Positions 28,695-39,142 of a stretch of DNA of 64,000 bases are shown here, piece after piece (the first letter of the stretch is position 1; every line of letters starts with the position of its first letter). The notes under the pieces are model-generated. The model was given only the letters and a program-made list of their open reading frames with translations. It was not told the DNA's origin and did no database searches. Made by a program: the position numbers and the translations under genes. This DNA is from Candidatus Wolframiiraptor gerlachensis (GTDB taxonomy: Archaea; Thermoproteota; Nitrososphaeria_A; Caldarchaeales; Wolframiiraptoraceae): NCBI GenBank assembly GCA_021323375.2, contig JAJPCT020000025.1:1-64000 (forward strand), written 5' to 3'.

Positions 28695-29435
28695 CTAGCC
28701 AAGGAACTCGTCTAAGCCCCTCCCGCGCCTGAGAACCTCATGGCACTTCCTCGGGCTTAGGCACCTGAACTCGACCCCGTGGGCCGCCAGCATCTTCGAC
28801 GCCGATCTCTGGACGCCCGGCGCGACGAGGATCATTCTCGGCCTTCTCCCAAGTTCCCTCTCAATCTCCCTGACATAGGAGACTAGCTGCTTTACATCTT
28901 CTGAGGTCGCATTCCTCCGCTTTATCTCGATCACGACGATGTTTCCCGAGGAATCCACTCCGAAGATATCCACGAAGCCCGCGCGCCCGACCCTCCTCTC
29001 ATCCTCAATGGGCTTAAAGCCCTCCTCGATAAGCGATGGCTCTAGAAGTATCGCCCTCTTCATCTCCTCCTCCGTCGCATACATCGCGAACTCTGCCGAG
29101 TCCTCAAGCCTGTATGCCTCCAAGCTATACACCCTCTTCACCGTGATCCTGAGAATTTCCTCCGGGCTCAGACGCCTCGCCTCTATGACCAGCTCATTAT
29201 CCCTCATGGCCACATCTATCATGGATCCGGGAGGTTGCCAGTTTACGGGCTCATAGCCTGTTGGCCTATGAACTAGAACACTTCCATCCTGCTTGATTAT
29301 TAGGAGGCGCTCGCCCTCTCCTAGGCTTGAGGAGGCTCTGCCTTCATAGAAGACCTCCATAAGCCCTACTAAGACCATGAGCGACCTGCTTCTAATCCCC
29401 TCCTTGAGCTTCTCAGCCGCCTCCTCGAGCCTCAA
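28695..29435 (-). CDS. nucS: mismatch-specific endonuclease NucS/EndoMS
   Basis: YEGRASS.L..GERLLIIKQDGSVLVH, PVNWQPPG, VDIFG.D...VVIEIKR. Confidence 0.96.
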   Translation of the reverse strand: MRLEEAAEKLKEGIRSRSLMVLVGLMEVFYEGRASSSLGEGERLLIIKQDGSVLVHRPTGYEPVNWQPPGSMIDVAMRDNELVIEARRLSPEEILRITVKRVYSLEAYRLEDSAEFAMYATEEEMKRAILLEPSLIEEGFKPIEDERRVGRAGFVDIFGVDSSGNIVVIEIKRRNATSEDVKQLVSYVREIERELGRRPRMILVAPGVQRSASKMLAAHGVEFRCLSPRKCHEVLRRGRGLDEFLG

Positions 29436-29531
29436 TCCAGCCGAGTTAATCTAGGTGGGGTTGGGGCTAAAACCCTTCTCCCATGGAATGGCCATGAATA
29501 AATGTCACCGAGAACATTATACCTCTGGGGT

Positions 29532-30710
29532 ATGAGCGCTTGGATCCCCCTTGTCAGGGATGTTATGAGAAGGGAGGTATACCTTGTCGATGGAAACGAC
29601 CCTGTTAGCAGGACAATAGGTATCATGAGAGAGCATAATGCCCCTCTCGTGATCGTGATGGATAAGCTTGAGAATGGCAGGATCTTGGGGGCGATAACGG
29701 AGAGGATGATCATGCGAGCAACATATAACCCGGATACCATGAAGGCTAGAACTGTTGCTGCTAGGATTCCCAAGATAAGCTCCAGCGCCTCCGTGGCCGA
29801 GGCCGCTCGCCTGATGCTCGAGAACCACGTGCTCGCCCTGCCGGTTGAGGAGGATGGCAGAATCATCGGCGTCATCACAGTCGAGGATGTCGTCCGCGCA
29901 GTGGGCGATGAATTCTTCTCCAAGATAAGGGTTGAGGATGTGATGAGCAAGGATCTCGTCTCCATAGACCCGAAGGATACCATCGGCCAAGCGATAGCGC
30001 TGATGAGGGAATATGGTATCTCAAGGCTCCCCGTTGTTGATGGGGGCAAGCTCGTTGGTGTAATCACAATACATGACATCATAGTCAAGGTTATACAACC
30101 TAGGCAGAGGGCAACACGTGGAGAATACGTGGGCGAGAAGCTCAGGACTCTAAGCCATCAGGTCAAGGACATTATGACCGCTGATGTTATTGTTGCGAGG
30201 CCTGATGAGCCTCTAAGCGCGGCCATAAGGAGGATGTTTGAGGCGGATGTATCCTGTCTCGTGGTGGTTCATGATGGAAGGCCCGTCGGAATACTGACGA
30301 GGACGGATATACTTGCACCCATCGCAGCTCTCGCGGAGAAGGAGAGGCGGGCGATAAGCGTCCAGCTAAGCTTCAAGGTCAACAACCTCTCGGAATCAGA
30401 TAAGGAGCGGGTGATGGAGATCGTTGAGAGGTTTCTCAGGAGGCTTGGCGAGAGTATTGGGGTTGGCTACCTCATGCTCCACTTCAAGGAGCATAAGGAG
30501 AAGCATGGCGAGACTCACATGATCCACTGCAGGGCTAGGCTTAACACAGATAAGGCTCACGTGGTAGGTATTGGCGAGGGGTGGACGCCGGCCTTAGCCG
30601 CGAGAGTAGCCCTAGACATAATCGAGAGAAAGCTCTTAGTGATGAAGGAGAACATGCAGAAATACCCATACGCCGAGGAGCTATTGTCTCGAATTGCCTC
30701 GGAGATCTAG
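29532..30710 (+). CDS. four-CBS-domain protein with C-terminal HPF/RaiA-like domain (candidate ribosome hibernation factor)
   Basis: Four CBS repeats, then a beta-alpha-beta-beta-beta-alpha tail (...HCRARLNT..HVVGIGEGWTPALAARVALDIIERKL). Confidence 0.75.
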   Translation: MSAWIPLVRDVMRREVYLVDGNDPVSRTIGIMREHNAPLVIVMDKLENGRILGAITERMIMRATYNPDTMKARTVAARIPKISSSASVAEAARLMLENHVLALPVEEDGRIIGVITVEDVVRAVGDEFFSKIRVEDVMSKDLVSIDPKDTIGQAIALMREYGISRLPVVDGGKLVGVITIHDIIVKVIQPRQRATRGEYVGEKLRTLSHQVKDIMTADVIVARPDEPLSAAIRRMFEADVSCLVVVHDGRPVGILTRTDILAPIAALAEKERRAISVQLSFKVNNLSESDKERVMEIVERFLRRLGESIGVGYLMLHFKEHKEKHGETHMIHCRARLNTDKAHVVGIGEGWTPALAARVALDIIERKLLVMKENMQKYPYAEELLSRIASEI

Positions 30711-31962
30711 CTAGAATAATCGGCCCTGCATGGGGATTTCCAAGGCTCTTAGAATCGAGCCTATCTCAGCATCCACCTCGATCAGGTTTCTAGAGCTTTT
30801 CAGGACTATGTCAGGATCCTTCAACCCATGGCCCGTAACTATGCAGACTATCCTGCTATCATGCTCGATCAAGCCACTTCTCGCAGCCCTAATTAGAAGG
30901 GCTATTGGAGAAGCCCCAGCCGGCTCAGCAAATATCCCTTCCCTCGAGGCTAGAATTCTCTGAGCGGCGAGAATCTCCTCGTCGGATACCGCCTCAACCA
31001 GCCCCTCGGTCTCCCTCACAGCTCTTAGAGCCCTCTTCCAGTTCACGGGATTGCCTATCCTGATAGCTGTTGCAATGGTCTCAACATTATTGAGGGGCCT
31101 TATCTCGTTAGCGCCCTCCACGAAGGCCCTGTAAATCGGGCATGCGCCCTCAGCCTGAACGCCCATAAGCCTTGGAAGCCCATCGGCCAAGCCTAGGCTC
31201 TTCAGGTCGCTAAAGCCCTTCCAGTAGGCGACAATATTGCCCGCATTCCCAATAGGTATTATCAAATAGTCTGGAATGTCTCCGCCAAGCTGTTCATAGA
31301 TCTCATAGGCCGCCGTCTTCTGCCCCTCAAGCCTAAACGGGTTTATCGGAGTTCAAGAGGTAGAATCTCGGATCCCTGCTCAATTCCCTGACTATTCGTA
31401 AGCAGTCGTCGAAATTCCCTCTAACCGCTAAAACCTTGGCGCCGTGGATCAGTGCCTGGCTAAGCTTTCCGAGAGCGATCCTCTTCGAAGGGACCAGCAC
31501 AGCGCATCCAAGGCCCGCACGAGCCGAGTAGGCTGCAAGGCTGCTACTCGTATTCCCGGTCGAGGCGCAGATTGTCATCTCGGCGCCGGCCTCAACAGCT
31601 TTCGTCACGCCAACAGTCATTCCCCTATCCTTGAAAGACCCAGTCGGGTTATCACCCTCATATTTCACATAGATCTCCTTGATGCCAAGCTCTCGCTCCA
31701 AGTTTCTGCACCTTATCAACCTCGTCCCACCCTCATTCATCGAGACTACATGCCGGTAATCCTCTACCGGGAGAAGCTCCCTGTATCTCCAGACCCCGAG
31801 CGGCCTCGACTCGAAATTCCTCAGCCATGGTATCTCGGAAACTTCCCTATCCATATCATATACTATGTCGAGCAGGTCGCCGCACGCTGGGCACGAGTAT
31901 ACCCTAGCAGACCCAGGATACTCGGCACCACATCCAATACAGCGAAGCCAGTATCTCGGCAT
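30711..31962 (-). CDS. thrC: threonine synthase, split by a one-base frameshift at ~31348
   Basis: NPTGSFKDRG, ASTGNTS, PIGNAGNI, TGHGLKD. Removing one G restores LLNSINPFRLEGQKT. Confidence 0.9.
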
Positions 31963-31978
31963 AGTAATGCACCCTCAT

Positions 31979-32899
31979 CTACCCGATCTCGGTAACACCC
32001 GGCCCCGGCTCGGTGATATAGACTTGAACCTTATAGCCGCGTAATGCATAGAACCTCTCCAAGGCATCGGCTGCCAGCTTTCTACGCTCCTTCTCGATCA
32101 CGCAGATCACGGCGGGGCCGGCGCCACTTACAGCTACCCCGGCATCAAGCTCCTCGCCCAATCTCTTAGCCCCCTCGTATTCAGGTATTATCCCCGCCCT
32201 AGCCCTCGCTGGCTCGACAATCACATCACTCATCCCCTCCTTCACCATATTAATGTTCTTCAGGGCCATCCCAGTAGCTAAAATAGACGCGCTAGCAACA
32301 TTACGCACAAGCGATATAAGGGGAACCTCCTTGGGAACAACCTCCCTCGCCCTCCTCGTAGACCCCTTCTCCACGTCGGGGAGTACTATGACCACGCCGA
32401 GATCTGGTGGGGGGTCCACATGATAGATCCTCAGCCTCGGCTCCTGAGAAACTATGACGAACCCCCCATATATTGCTGGAGCGACATTATCTAGATGAGG
32501 GGCGCCTGCCGAGACAAGCTCCCCCAGCGCAGCATATCTCACAAGCTCCTCCCGGCTCAATCCCAAGTCAAAGAGCTTGTTGACGAGATAAGCCGCCGCG
32601 GCCGCTGTAGCTGCTGAGCTCCCGAGCCCGCTCCCCGGCTTTATCCCCTTCCAGATCCTCAGCCTCACACCCTCCGAGAGCCCGAACTCCTCCATCATCC
32701 TCAAGGCAACATAGCCCCCAGTATTCTCCTCAGGCCTAGCTGGGACACGGTAGCCCTCCAGCACCTCAACCTCAACACGTTTATCCGGGATCCGCTCAGC
32801 CTCCACGATATCATAAGGCTCCATCAACGCGAGCCCGAAAACATCGAAGCCAGGGCCCAAGTTCGCGGAGGACGCAGGTGCCTTAACCCTCAACCTCAT
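31979..32899 (-). CDS. thrB: homoserine kinase
   Basis: PASSANLGPGFD, GSGLGSSAA, HLDNVAPA, SGAGP. Confidence 0.96.
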   Translation of the reverse strand: MRLRVKAPASSANLGPGFDVFGLALMEPYDIVEAERIPDKRVEVEVLEGYRVPARPEENTGGYVALRMMEEFGLSEGVRLRIWKGIKPGSGLGSSAATAAAAAYLVNKLFDLGLSREELVRYAALGELVSAGAPHLDNVAPAIYGGFVIVSQEPRLRIYHVDPPPDLGVVIVLPDVEKGSTRRAREVVPKEVPLISLVRNVASASILATGMALKNINMVKEGMSDVIVEPARARAGIIPEYEGAKRLGEELDAGVAVSGAGPAVICVIEKERRKLAADALERFYALRGYKVQVYITEPGPGVTEIG

Positions 32900-32989
32900 A
32901 TACTGAAAAACCCGAATAAATCTCCAAGAAAAAGCTTACCTCTAGCTTAGAAAAGATCAATAGCGGGCGGATCGGAGGAGGTGTTAGAA

Positions 32990-33067
32990 GGGCCCGTGGC
33001 CTAGCTTGGATAGGGCGTCGGCCTGCGGAGCCGGAGGTCCCGGGTTCAAATCCCGGCGGGCCCGCCA
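32990..33067 (+). tRNA. tRNA-Arg(GCG), CCA encoded
   Basis: GGGCCCGTGGCCTAGCTTGGATAGGGCGTCGGCCTGCGGAGCCGGAGGTCCCGGGTTCAAATCCCGGCGGGCCCGCCA. Confidence 0.97.
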
Positions 33068-33165
33068 CACACGATATGAAACACGACATGAAAAAGAGTA
33101 AAGGGTTGAAAATTATTGCCGACTAAATTTTTATCCTCTACTGTGTCCCACATAACGGGTATAAA

Positions 33166-33334
33166 ATGGGACAAAGTGTCTGTGTGTTGTCAGAGGAAGA
33201 TGCTCGAGAGGTTTTGCTATATCTACGACCGCGTTAAGAGTGTACGTAAGCTCACTGAAATGTTTCGGGTCAGTAAGTCCTCTGTATATAGAATACTCCG
33301 CGGTGAACAGGTAGTACCTTTAACTAACACTTAG
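33166..33334 (+). pseudogene. truncated, frameshifted HTH resembling the N-terminus of tRNA-associated archaeal integrases
   Basis: MGQSVCVLSEEDARE then (frame change) VKSVRKLTEMFRVSKSSVYRILRGE..P, about 100 nt after the tRNA-Arg 3' end. Confidence 0.45.
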
Positions 33335-33456
33335 AATAATGACCTAAGTTATTTTACTTATTGTTTTACTATGTTTTATTACTTATATAGTGCAATAACC
33401 CTAGTTTACAATAAAAATATAGTGCCTTAAATAGTGTATAAGGCGGGTGCTTCAGA

Positions 33457-34247
33457 GTGGCTCAGTCTATTAAACCACGTGTTTTGATGCTTGGCCTTTT
33501 ACCTATTGTTGTCAACGCTATCTTTACGCCTATGATCATAGGGGCTCTTGTCGGATTTAGAGAGTTTGCTAAGAACAGTGTGTACCACATTTTTCTCTAT
33601 GGGCCTTATCTGTGGAGCATCTATGACGTTGTCTTTGCTTATTTAGCGTTCATGTTTTTAAGAGTGAAGGAGAGAATATCAGGGAAATTCTTGGTGGAAT
33701 AAGAGATAAACCACTACTCTCAACAACCATAGCTATTGGGCTAGTTGTAGTGTGCATGCCTCTTAGCTATGGATTGTCGCTAGTATTTGGCAGCGGCTAC
33801 GATACTAGTATCTTTAAGGCATTACCACTTCATGTACTACTATATCTAGCTACTATCGGCTCTATTATAGCTGGTGCTTGCGAAGAGCTTACTTGGAGAG
33901 GTTATTTATTAACTAGGCTTGAAAAGCTCACTGGTAAGACAATTGTAGCTGTTGTTATCCAAGCAGTTCTATTTGGCTTTTACCATGGATTCACGATGTA
34001 TGCACTCTCTGTAATGATATTCGGCCTCATAACAGGCTTGATCTACGCTAAGTCCAGAAGGTTGATACCACTAATAATAGGTCATACTAGGAGACGGCAT
34101 CCCAAGAACCGCTCTAGAGCCTTAGTGAGCGTTTTACAAGTCTTTGACAGGATTACAAGTGAGCTTGGGTACGAAACTGAGCTAGAGCGTGTTGCTGTAA
34201 TTAAGCGTTCAGCTGTTAGACTCTTTGGCAGTGACAGGGAAACCTAG
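33457..34247 (+). pseudogene. CPBP/Abi (CAAX) intramembrane metalloprotease, frameshifted
   Basis: CEELTWRGYL, FGFYH and IIGH motifs spread over two ORFs (33457..33702, 33750..34247) in AT-rich sequence. Confidence 0.75.
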
Positions 34248-34372
34248 ATCAACCCTGAATAGAGCTCGCACCCTTATGCTAATGTTGCTTAAATGTGAGC
34301 ATATGCTCCCGACAAATTCGAATAAATCAGTGTTTTCTATGAAAACGAAATAAAATAATGCGGGTTATCGTG

Positions 34373-34475
34373 TGCCGGGGCCGGGATTTGAACCCGGGAC
34401 AACGGGGTTCCATCCTCTGACCAGGCTTTGGGAGGATTATGAGCCCCGCACTCTACCAGGCTGAGTTACCCCGGC
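34373..34475 (-). tRNA. elongator tRNA-Met(CAT) with 29-nt intron
   Basis: GCCGGGG acceptor and CTCATAA loop. Intron at 34409-34437 (37/38) or 34408-34436 (38/39) with CCTC/GAGG helix. Confidence 0.93.
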
Positions 34476-34754
34476 GCCTAAATCTCCATGCATCACATTT
34501 ATTAGTTTTTGCGAGTGATTATTTAGGGTTTTAGGCGGCTTAGCGCCCTTTGAAGCCTATCTTCAATCCTTAATGTTTTCCAGGTGAGGGTGGCTATTAA
34601 CGCCTTTAAGTAATATTCATCTCCCTGACGGAAGATCTCCGCATCTCCTCGGCAAGAAAACCTATTTCATCCCCGCATTTCCCCATTATCCTCACAATAT
34701 TTTCTCAGCCTAGGTAAAAGGTCCTATGCTAGCCTCATAGACAGAATGTTCAAC

Positions 34755-35308
34755 AGGATCTCTAGGGCATCATATATCCGAAGTATCGTGGCATAGAATT
34801 GGGCGCGATGCTCGTCAGGGGGACTACGCTCCTAGCCGGGACACCATATGTCAATGTGCTCGCACCCATGGCCAGATACAATCCATTCTTCGATAAGGCC
34901 GGCATGAGGAGGGTAGAATACAAGTCCAAGTCATGAAAAGATATTGAGAAGCTTCTTGAGAGGCTGAGGATGCTCGGGCTTAATCCAGACCTCATAACAT
35001 CAAGGGCCTATATTAGGAAGGTTTTCAGGGCCATGGATAGGAGGGGACTGAGAAGCATGGCCACCATCACTGAGAGAATCGCAAGATCCAAGATGATGAG
35101 CGCCGAGAAGGTGGAGAGGATAGGGAGGCTTAGCCACGGCGCGATAATCGAGGCCCTAGCCAGGATCCGGGCTAAACGAAAATACTTCGTCTGGAGAAAC
35201 TCGGCAATATTATCTCCAGCCGATGAGATTCTTGGGAAAGGTGCGAGCAACATACAGCCCTGTTATGTTTATGCAGCCCGCTTTCAGCCAACCCTTATAC
35301 GGCTATAA
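34755..35308 (+). pseudogene. GNAT-type acetyltransferase domain fragment (COG2401 ABC-ATPase/GNAT type)
   Basis: RISR then (frame change) IIYPKYRGIELG...PYVNVLAPMARYNPFFDKAGM, with an internal TGA. Confidence 0.65.
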
Positions 35309-35324
35309 TCCTCGAGTTATCTCA

Positions 35325-35570
35325 TCGGGCGGAGGCTGAGCGTCAAGCTTAGGCTGCCGGAGCCCCTAGTCAAGAGCATAAGGAGTAGGGTCATCGCATT
35401 CCTCATCGACAACCGGGTTAAGGATTATATTGGAGATATATTCGAGACGTTCTCGGCGAGATCCGATTAGATAATCTGAAGGGAGCTCTACTGCGAATAC
35501 TGCAAGTCATTCGTGTGTGGGCACACGAAATATGCTGAGAAGATCTATGTAAAGCATGGCCCCTCGATCA
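35325..35570 (+). pseudogene. fragment of an RHH plus Cys/His zinc-finger protein
   Basis: SVKLRLPEPLVKSI...ELYCEYCKSFVCGHTKYA with internal stops. Confidence 0.35.
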
Positions 35571-35602
35571 CGTGGACGTCGGGGGATAACGACCTCTAGC
35601 CT

Positions 35603-36724
35603 TTAACCATATGACATTCTCTCGAGATAGAGAAGCCTCCTTAGAGCCTCCTTCCTCTCCTCGGCATTTATCTCAGCCCCTTCCAAGACCTGTTGCATGA
35701 ATGATATCGCCTCATCATATGTTCTCCGTGAGACCGGATATGGAACGCCATCCTTCCCGCCCACAGCAAAGCTGAACTTCACAGGATCCCTCCAGTCTAT
35801 CTTCACGCCATAGATTAGGGCGGAGATTAGGGCGAGAGCCCGAAGCGTGGAAGGCCCAATCCCCCTAATCTCGACAAGCTCTTCATATTTCCTTGGCCTA
35901 ACATCATAAGCCCTCTTAATTGCCTTCCAATCTATCCTCCTCGGCATCTTCAGGAAGCTTGGGAGCTCCTTGACAGGGATAGCCTCATCGCCCTCGATTG
36001 ACGCTGACAGCGTCTCCTGCCCACGCAACACGAGATTCAATAATCTTATCAGGGTGTTCGGCTTCTCGGAGACGAGGTCAACGGAGGCCTTCCTCGCCTC
36101 CTCGCTCTCCCTTGAGACCATGTTCAGCACGATCTTCTCCCTCCTTATCGAGGCTATTGCCGCATGCGGCTCGACGACGAAGCACTCAACCCTCTCACCA
36201 AGCCAATGATATCTCCTCGCATATCCCTGATCCGGGCTCATACCCTGCTGGATGACCGCCCACTCGCCATCCTCCGTGAATATTATCGCGTGGTGGTAGA
36301 TCTGGTAGCCATCCTGAAGGACCGCATTATCCACCTTCGCAGCGAGCCTACTCGCCCTGATAAGCTTGGCGGCCTTATCCTCATCGATCCCGGATCTCAT
36401 TATCTGCTCTGGAACCCTCCTGCTCATCATCCCCTTGCCGCCTGCAACCGCGACCCCATGAACATCTAGACTCAAAGCCTCCCTCAAGGCCCCGACAACA
36501 GTGGTCGTGAGGCCGCTTGAGTGCCAGTCGAATCCCAAGGCGCATCCAAGCGACTGGAACCAGTATGGGTCGCTGAGCCTTCTGAGAAGCTCCCTCCGTC
36601 CATAATCATCCACGATGACCTTCGCGATCGCATATGCCATCCTCCTCATCCTGGCCATGAGCCACGCCGGAGCCCTACCCTCGTGGAGAGGCAGATCCGT
36701 TACACCCGAGAGCTTCATTGCCAC
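35603..36724 (-). CDS. DUF763 family protein
   Basis: DLPLHEGRAPAWL, DPYWFQSLGCALGFDWHSSG, AKVDNAVLQDGY, GGKDGVPYPV. Confidence 0.92.
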   Translation of the reverse strand: MAMKLSGVTDLPLHEGRAPAWLMARMRRMAYAIAKVIVDDYGRRELLRRLSDPYWFQSLGCALGFDWHSSGLTTTVVGALREALSLDVHGVAVAGGKGMMSRRVPEQIMRSGIDEDKAAKLIRASRLAAKVDNAVLQDGYQIYHHAIIFTEDGEWAVIQQGMSPDQGYARRYHWLGERVECFVVEPHAAIASIRREKIVLNMVSRESEEARKASVDLVSEKPNTLIRLLNLVLRGQETLSASIEGDEAIPVKELPSFLKMPRRIDWKAIKRAYDVRPRKYEELVEIRGIGPSTLRALALISALIYGVKIDWRDPVKFSFAVGGKDGVPYPVSRRTYDEAISFMQQVLEGAEINAEERKEALRRLLYLERMSYG

Positions 36725-36832
36725 GCCCAGACAAATACTGGGATTCTCGGGATTTAACAGTTATCGGCCTGTATCATGACGGTGGTAAGGTTTATGAGTT
36801 AAGCAGTCCGGCCTCTAGGCGACCGGTGATAC

Positions 36833-39073
36833 ATGAGCATGCTGCTCTCCGGTCCCTCATTAACGGTTGTCATCATGGCGATCACCTTCGGCATCATCGG
36901 CGTTGTTGCCGCCATACTTCTCTACGCAATTGTCCGTAGATACCCGATGGGAAGTAGGGAGATGATAAGTATCTGGGAGGCTATCAGGGAGGGCTCTAGG
37001 GCATACATGAACAAGCAGATCAGGACCATAATGCTCTTCACGCTCGGGCTCGCCATCGTGATCGCTGTGATGATCTACACCATTTACACGGCCGCAATGA
37101 ATGTTGATCCGGGGATAGCTACTAGAGAGGCGTTTCTCACAAGCCTCTCGACCCTGATCGGCGGCGGCGCATCGGTCGCGGCGGCATTCTTCAGCATGGA
37201 TGCTTCAACAAGAACCAATGTCAGAACTACTGAGGCCGCTAAACGCGGCAGCCTCGCAGCCCTAAGGGTCGCGGTCCTAGGCGGAGGGGTGCTCGGCTTC
37301 TCGGTCTATAGCTTAAGCCTGCTCGGGCTCGCGATCCTATTCCTCGCCTACTCGCTCCTAGCCGCAGGCCTACCCGAGATGATCGAGTTCAGGATGGTTC
37401 TTGATGCTCTTGCAGGCTTCGCGTTCGGGGCAAGCCTCTCAGCACTCTTCGCCCAGCTGGGCGGCGGGATCTACACGAAGTCCGCAGACATAGGCGCTGA
37501 CCTCGTTGGAAAGATTGAGGCCGGGATACCAGAGGATGATCCGAGGAACCCGGCGGTCATCGCCGACCAAGTTGGAGATAATGTCGGCGACTGCGCGGGC
37601 AGAGGCGCCGACATCTTCGAATCAGTCACGGCCGAGACCCTTGGAGGAATGATCATAGGATGGGTCCTCTATGTCCTGACGCATGATCCGCTCTTCATGG
37701 TGCTGCCGCTCGCGATAGGTGCCGTCGGAGTAATCTCAACAGTCGCGGGTCTCGCGGCGATCCTCTCCTACAAGACCTTCAAGGAGCCCTTTGAGCCCTT
37801 TGCATTCGGCATAGTCGTAACAGCCATCGTCTCCATCATCGCGTATGCGGGCGTTGTCTACTGGCTCTTCCCAGTCCAGTGGCTCTACATGCTCGGAGCT
37901 GGTGCCGCTGGCATAATAGGCGCAACCCTAGTCGTCCTCTCGACTAACAGGTATACTGGTATGAGGAGCAGGGTTGTTAGGGAGGTTGCTGAGGCCTCTG
38001 TCAGCGGGCCGGCCCTAAACATCCTCGGAGGCCTCTCGGTTGGAATGAGGGCTGTCGCTGAGCCCATAATCATTATAGCCGCAGCCCTCGGCATCTCCTT
38101 CCTCTTCGGGAAACTCATGCCTATAGGCGGGATGGAGGGGGGATGGCTTACAGACTTCATTAAGGGGGTGTTCGGGACCGCGCTCGCCACGCGTGGAATG
38201 CTCTCGCTCACCGGGACCGTGATGACCCTGGATGGCGCCGGCCCGATAACCGACAACGCTGCCGGGATCGCCGAGATGTCCAGGCTCAGTAAGGAGATCA
38301 GGGATAACCTCGAGCCGCTAGACGCTGTTGGGAACACGACGAAGGCTCTCACGAAGGGATATGCCATGGGCTCAGCTACGATAGCGACGCTCCTCCTCTT
38401 CCAAGCATTCATCCAAGACTATGTGGCAAGGGAGGTTGGGATAACCACAATAACGCCTTCAGCCCTCCTAGAATCCATGGCCGCCTTCTTCAACGAGCTC
38501 ATACTCATCAAGCCCGGGATAATAATAGCCGCCCTGATCGGCGCCCTCTTACCATACCTATTTTCCGGAATAGCCTTAAAGGTGGTCACGCAGGCGGCCT
38601 TCAAGATGGTCGATGAAGTTCGGAGGCAGTTCAGGGAGATACCCGGCCTGCTAGATGGAAGCGGTAGGCCGGACTACTATAGGGCGGTCTCAATAGCAAC
38701 AGAGCATGCTCTCCGTGGAATGCTAGCACCCAGCCTGACAATAATCCTGACGCCGCTCATCATAGGCCTCCTCTTCGGGGGCCCGGGCGTCGGCGCGCTA
38801 GTAATCGGCGCAACCGCCTCCACAATCCCACTCGCGATAATGATGATGTGGGGAGGCGCTACCTGGGATAACGCGAAGAAGTTCATCGAGGCCGGGAACC
38901 TAGGTGGGAAGAGGTCGCCGGCTCACCAAGCGGCGGTCGTCGGAGATACCGTGGGAGATCCGCTAAAGGACACTGTCGGCCCATCACTACACATCCTGAT
39001 AAAGCTGCTGAATACCATCTCCCTAGTCTTCATACCCCTCTACATGCTCTGGCTGCTCCACGGAATCCTCTAA
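36833..39073 (+). CDS. hppA: membrane-bound proton-translocating pyrophosphatase (K+-independent type)
   Basis: GGGIYTKSADIGADLVGKIEAGIPEDDPRN, GNTTKA (Lys determinant), GDTVGDPLKDT. Confidence 0.95.
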   Translation: MSMLLSGPSLTVVIMAITFGIIGVVAAILLYAIVRRYPMGSREMISIWEAIREGSRAYMNKQIRTIMLFTLGLAIVIAVMIYTIYTAAMNVDPGIATREAFLTSLSTLIGGGASVAAAFFSMDASTRTNVRTTEAAKRGSLAALRVAVLGGGVLGFSVYSLSLLGLAILFLAYSLLAAGLPEMIEFRMVLDALAGFAFGASLSALFAQLGGGIYTKSADIGADLVGKIEAGIPEDDPRNPAVIADQVGDNVGDCAGRGADIFESVTAETLGGMIIGWVLYVLTHDPLFMVLPLAIGAVGVISTVAGLAAILSYKTFKEPFEPFAFGIVVTAIVSIIAYAGVVYWLFPVQWLYMLGAGAAGIIGATLVVLSTNRYTGMRSRVVREVAEASVSGPALNILGGLSVGMRAVAEPIIIIAAALGISFLFGKLMPIGGMEGGWLTDFIKGVFGTALATRGMLSLTGTVMTLDGAGPITDNAAGIAEMSRLSKEIRDNLEPLDAVGNTTKALTKGYAMGSATIATLLLFQAFIQDYVAREVGITTITPSALLESMAAFFNELILIKPGIIIAALIGALLPYLFSGIALKVVTQAAFKMVDEVRRQFREIPGLLDGSGRPDYYRAVSIATEHALRGMLAPSLTIILTPLIIGLLFGGPGVGALVIGATASTIPLAIMMMWGGATWDNAKKFIEAGNLGGKRSPAHQAAVVGDTVGDPLKDTVGPSLHILIKLLNTISLVFIPLYMLWLLHGIL

Positions 39074-39142
39074 TCACCTCATCCATTTTCCCCTAACTCG
39101 GCTATATTATCCCCAACTGCTCAGCCACCTTCACTGCCCGCC

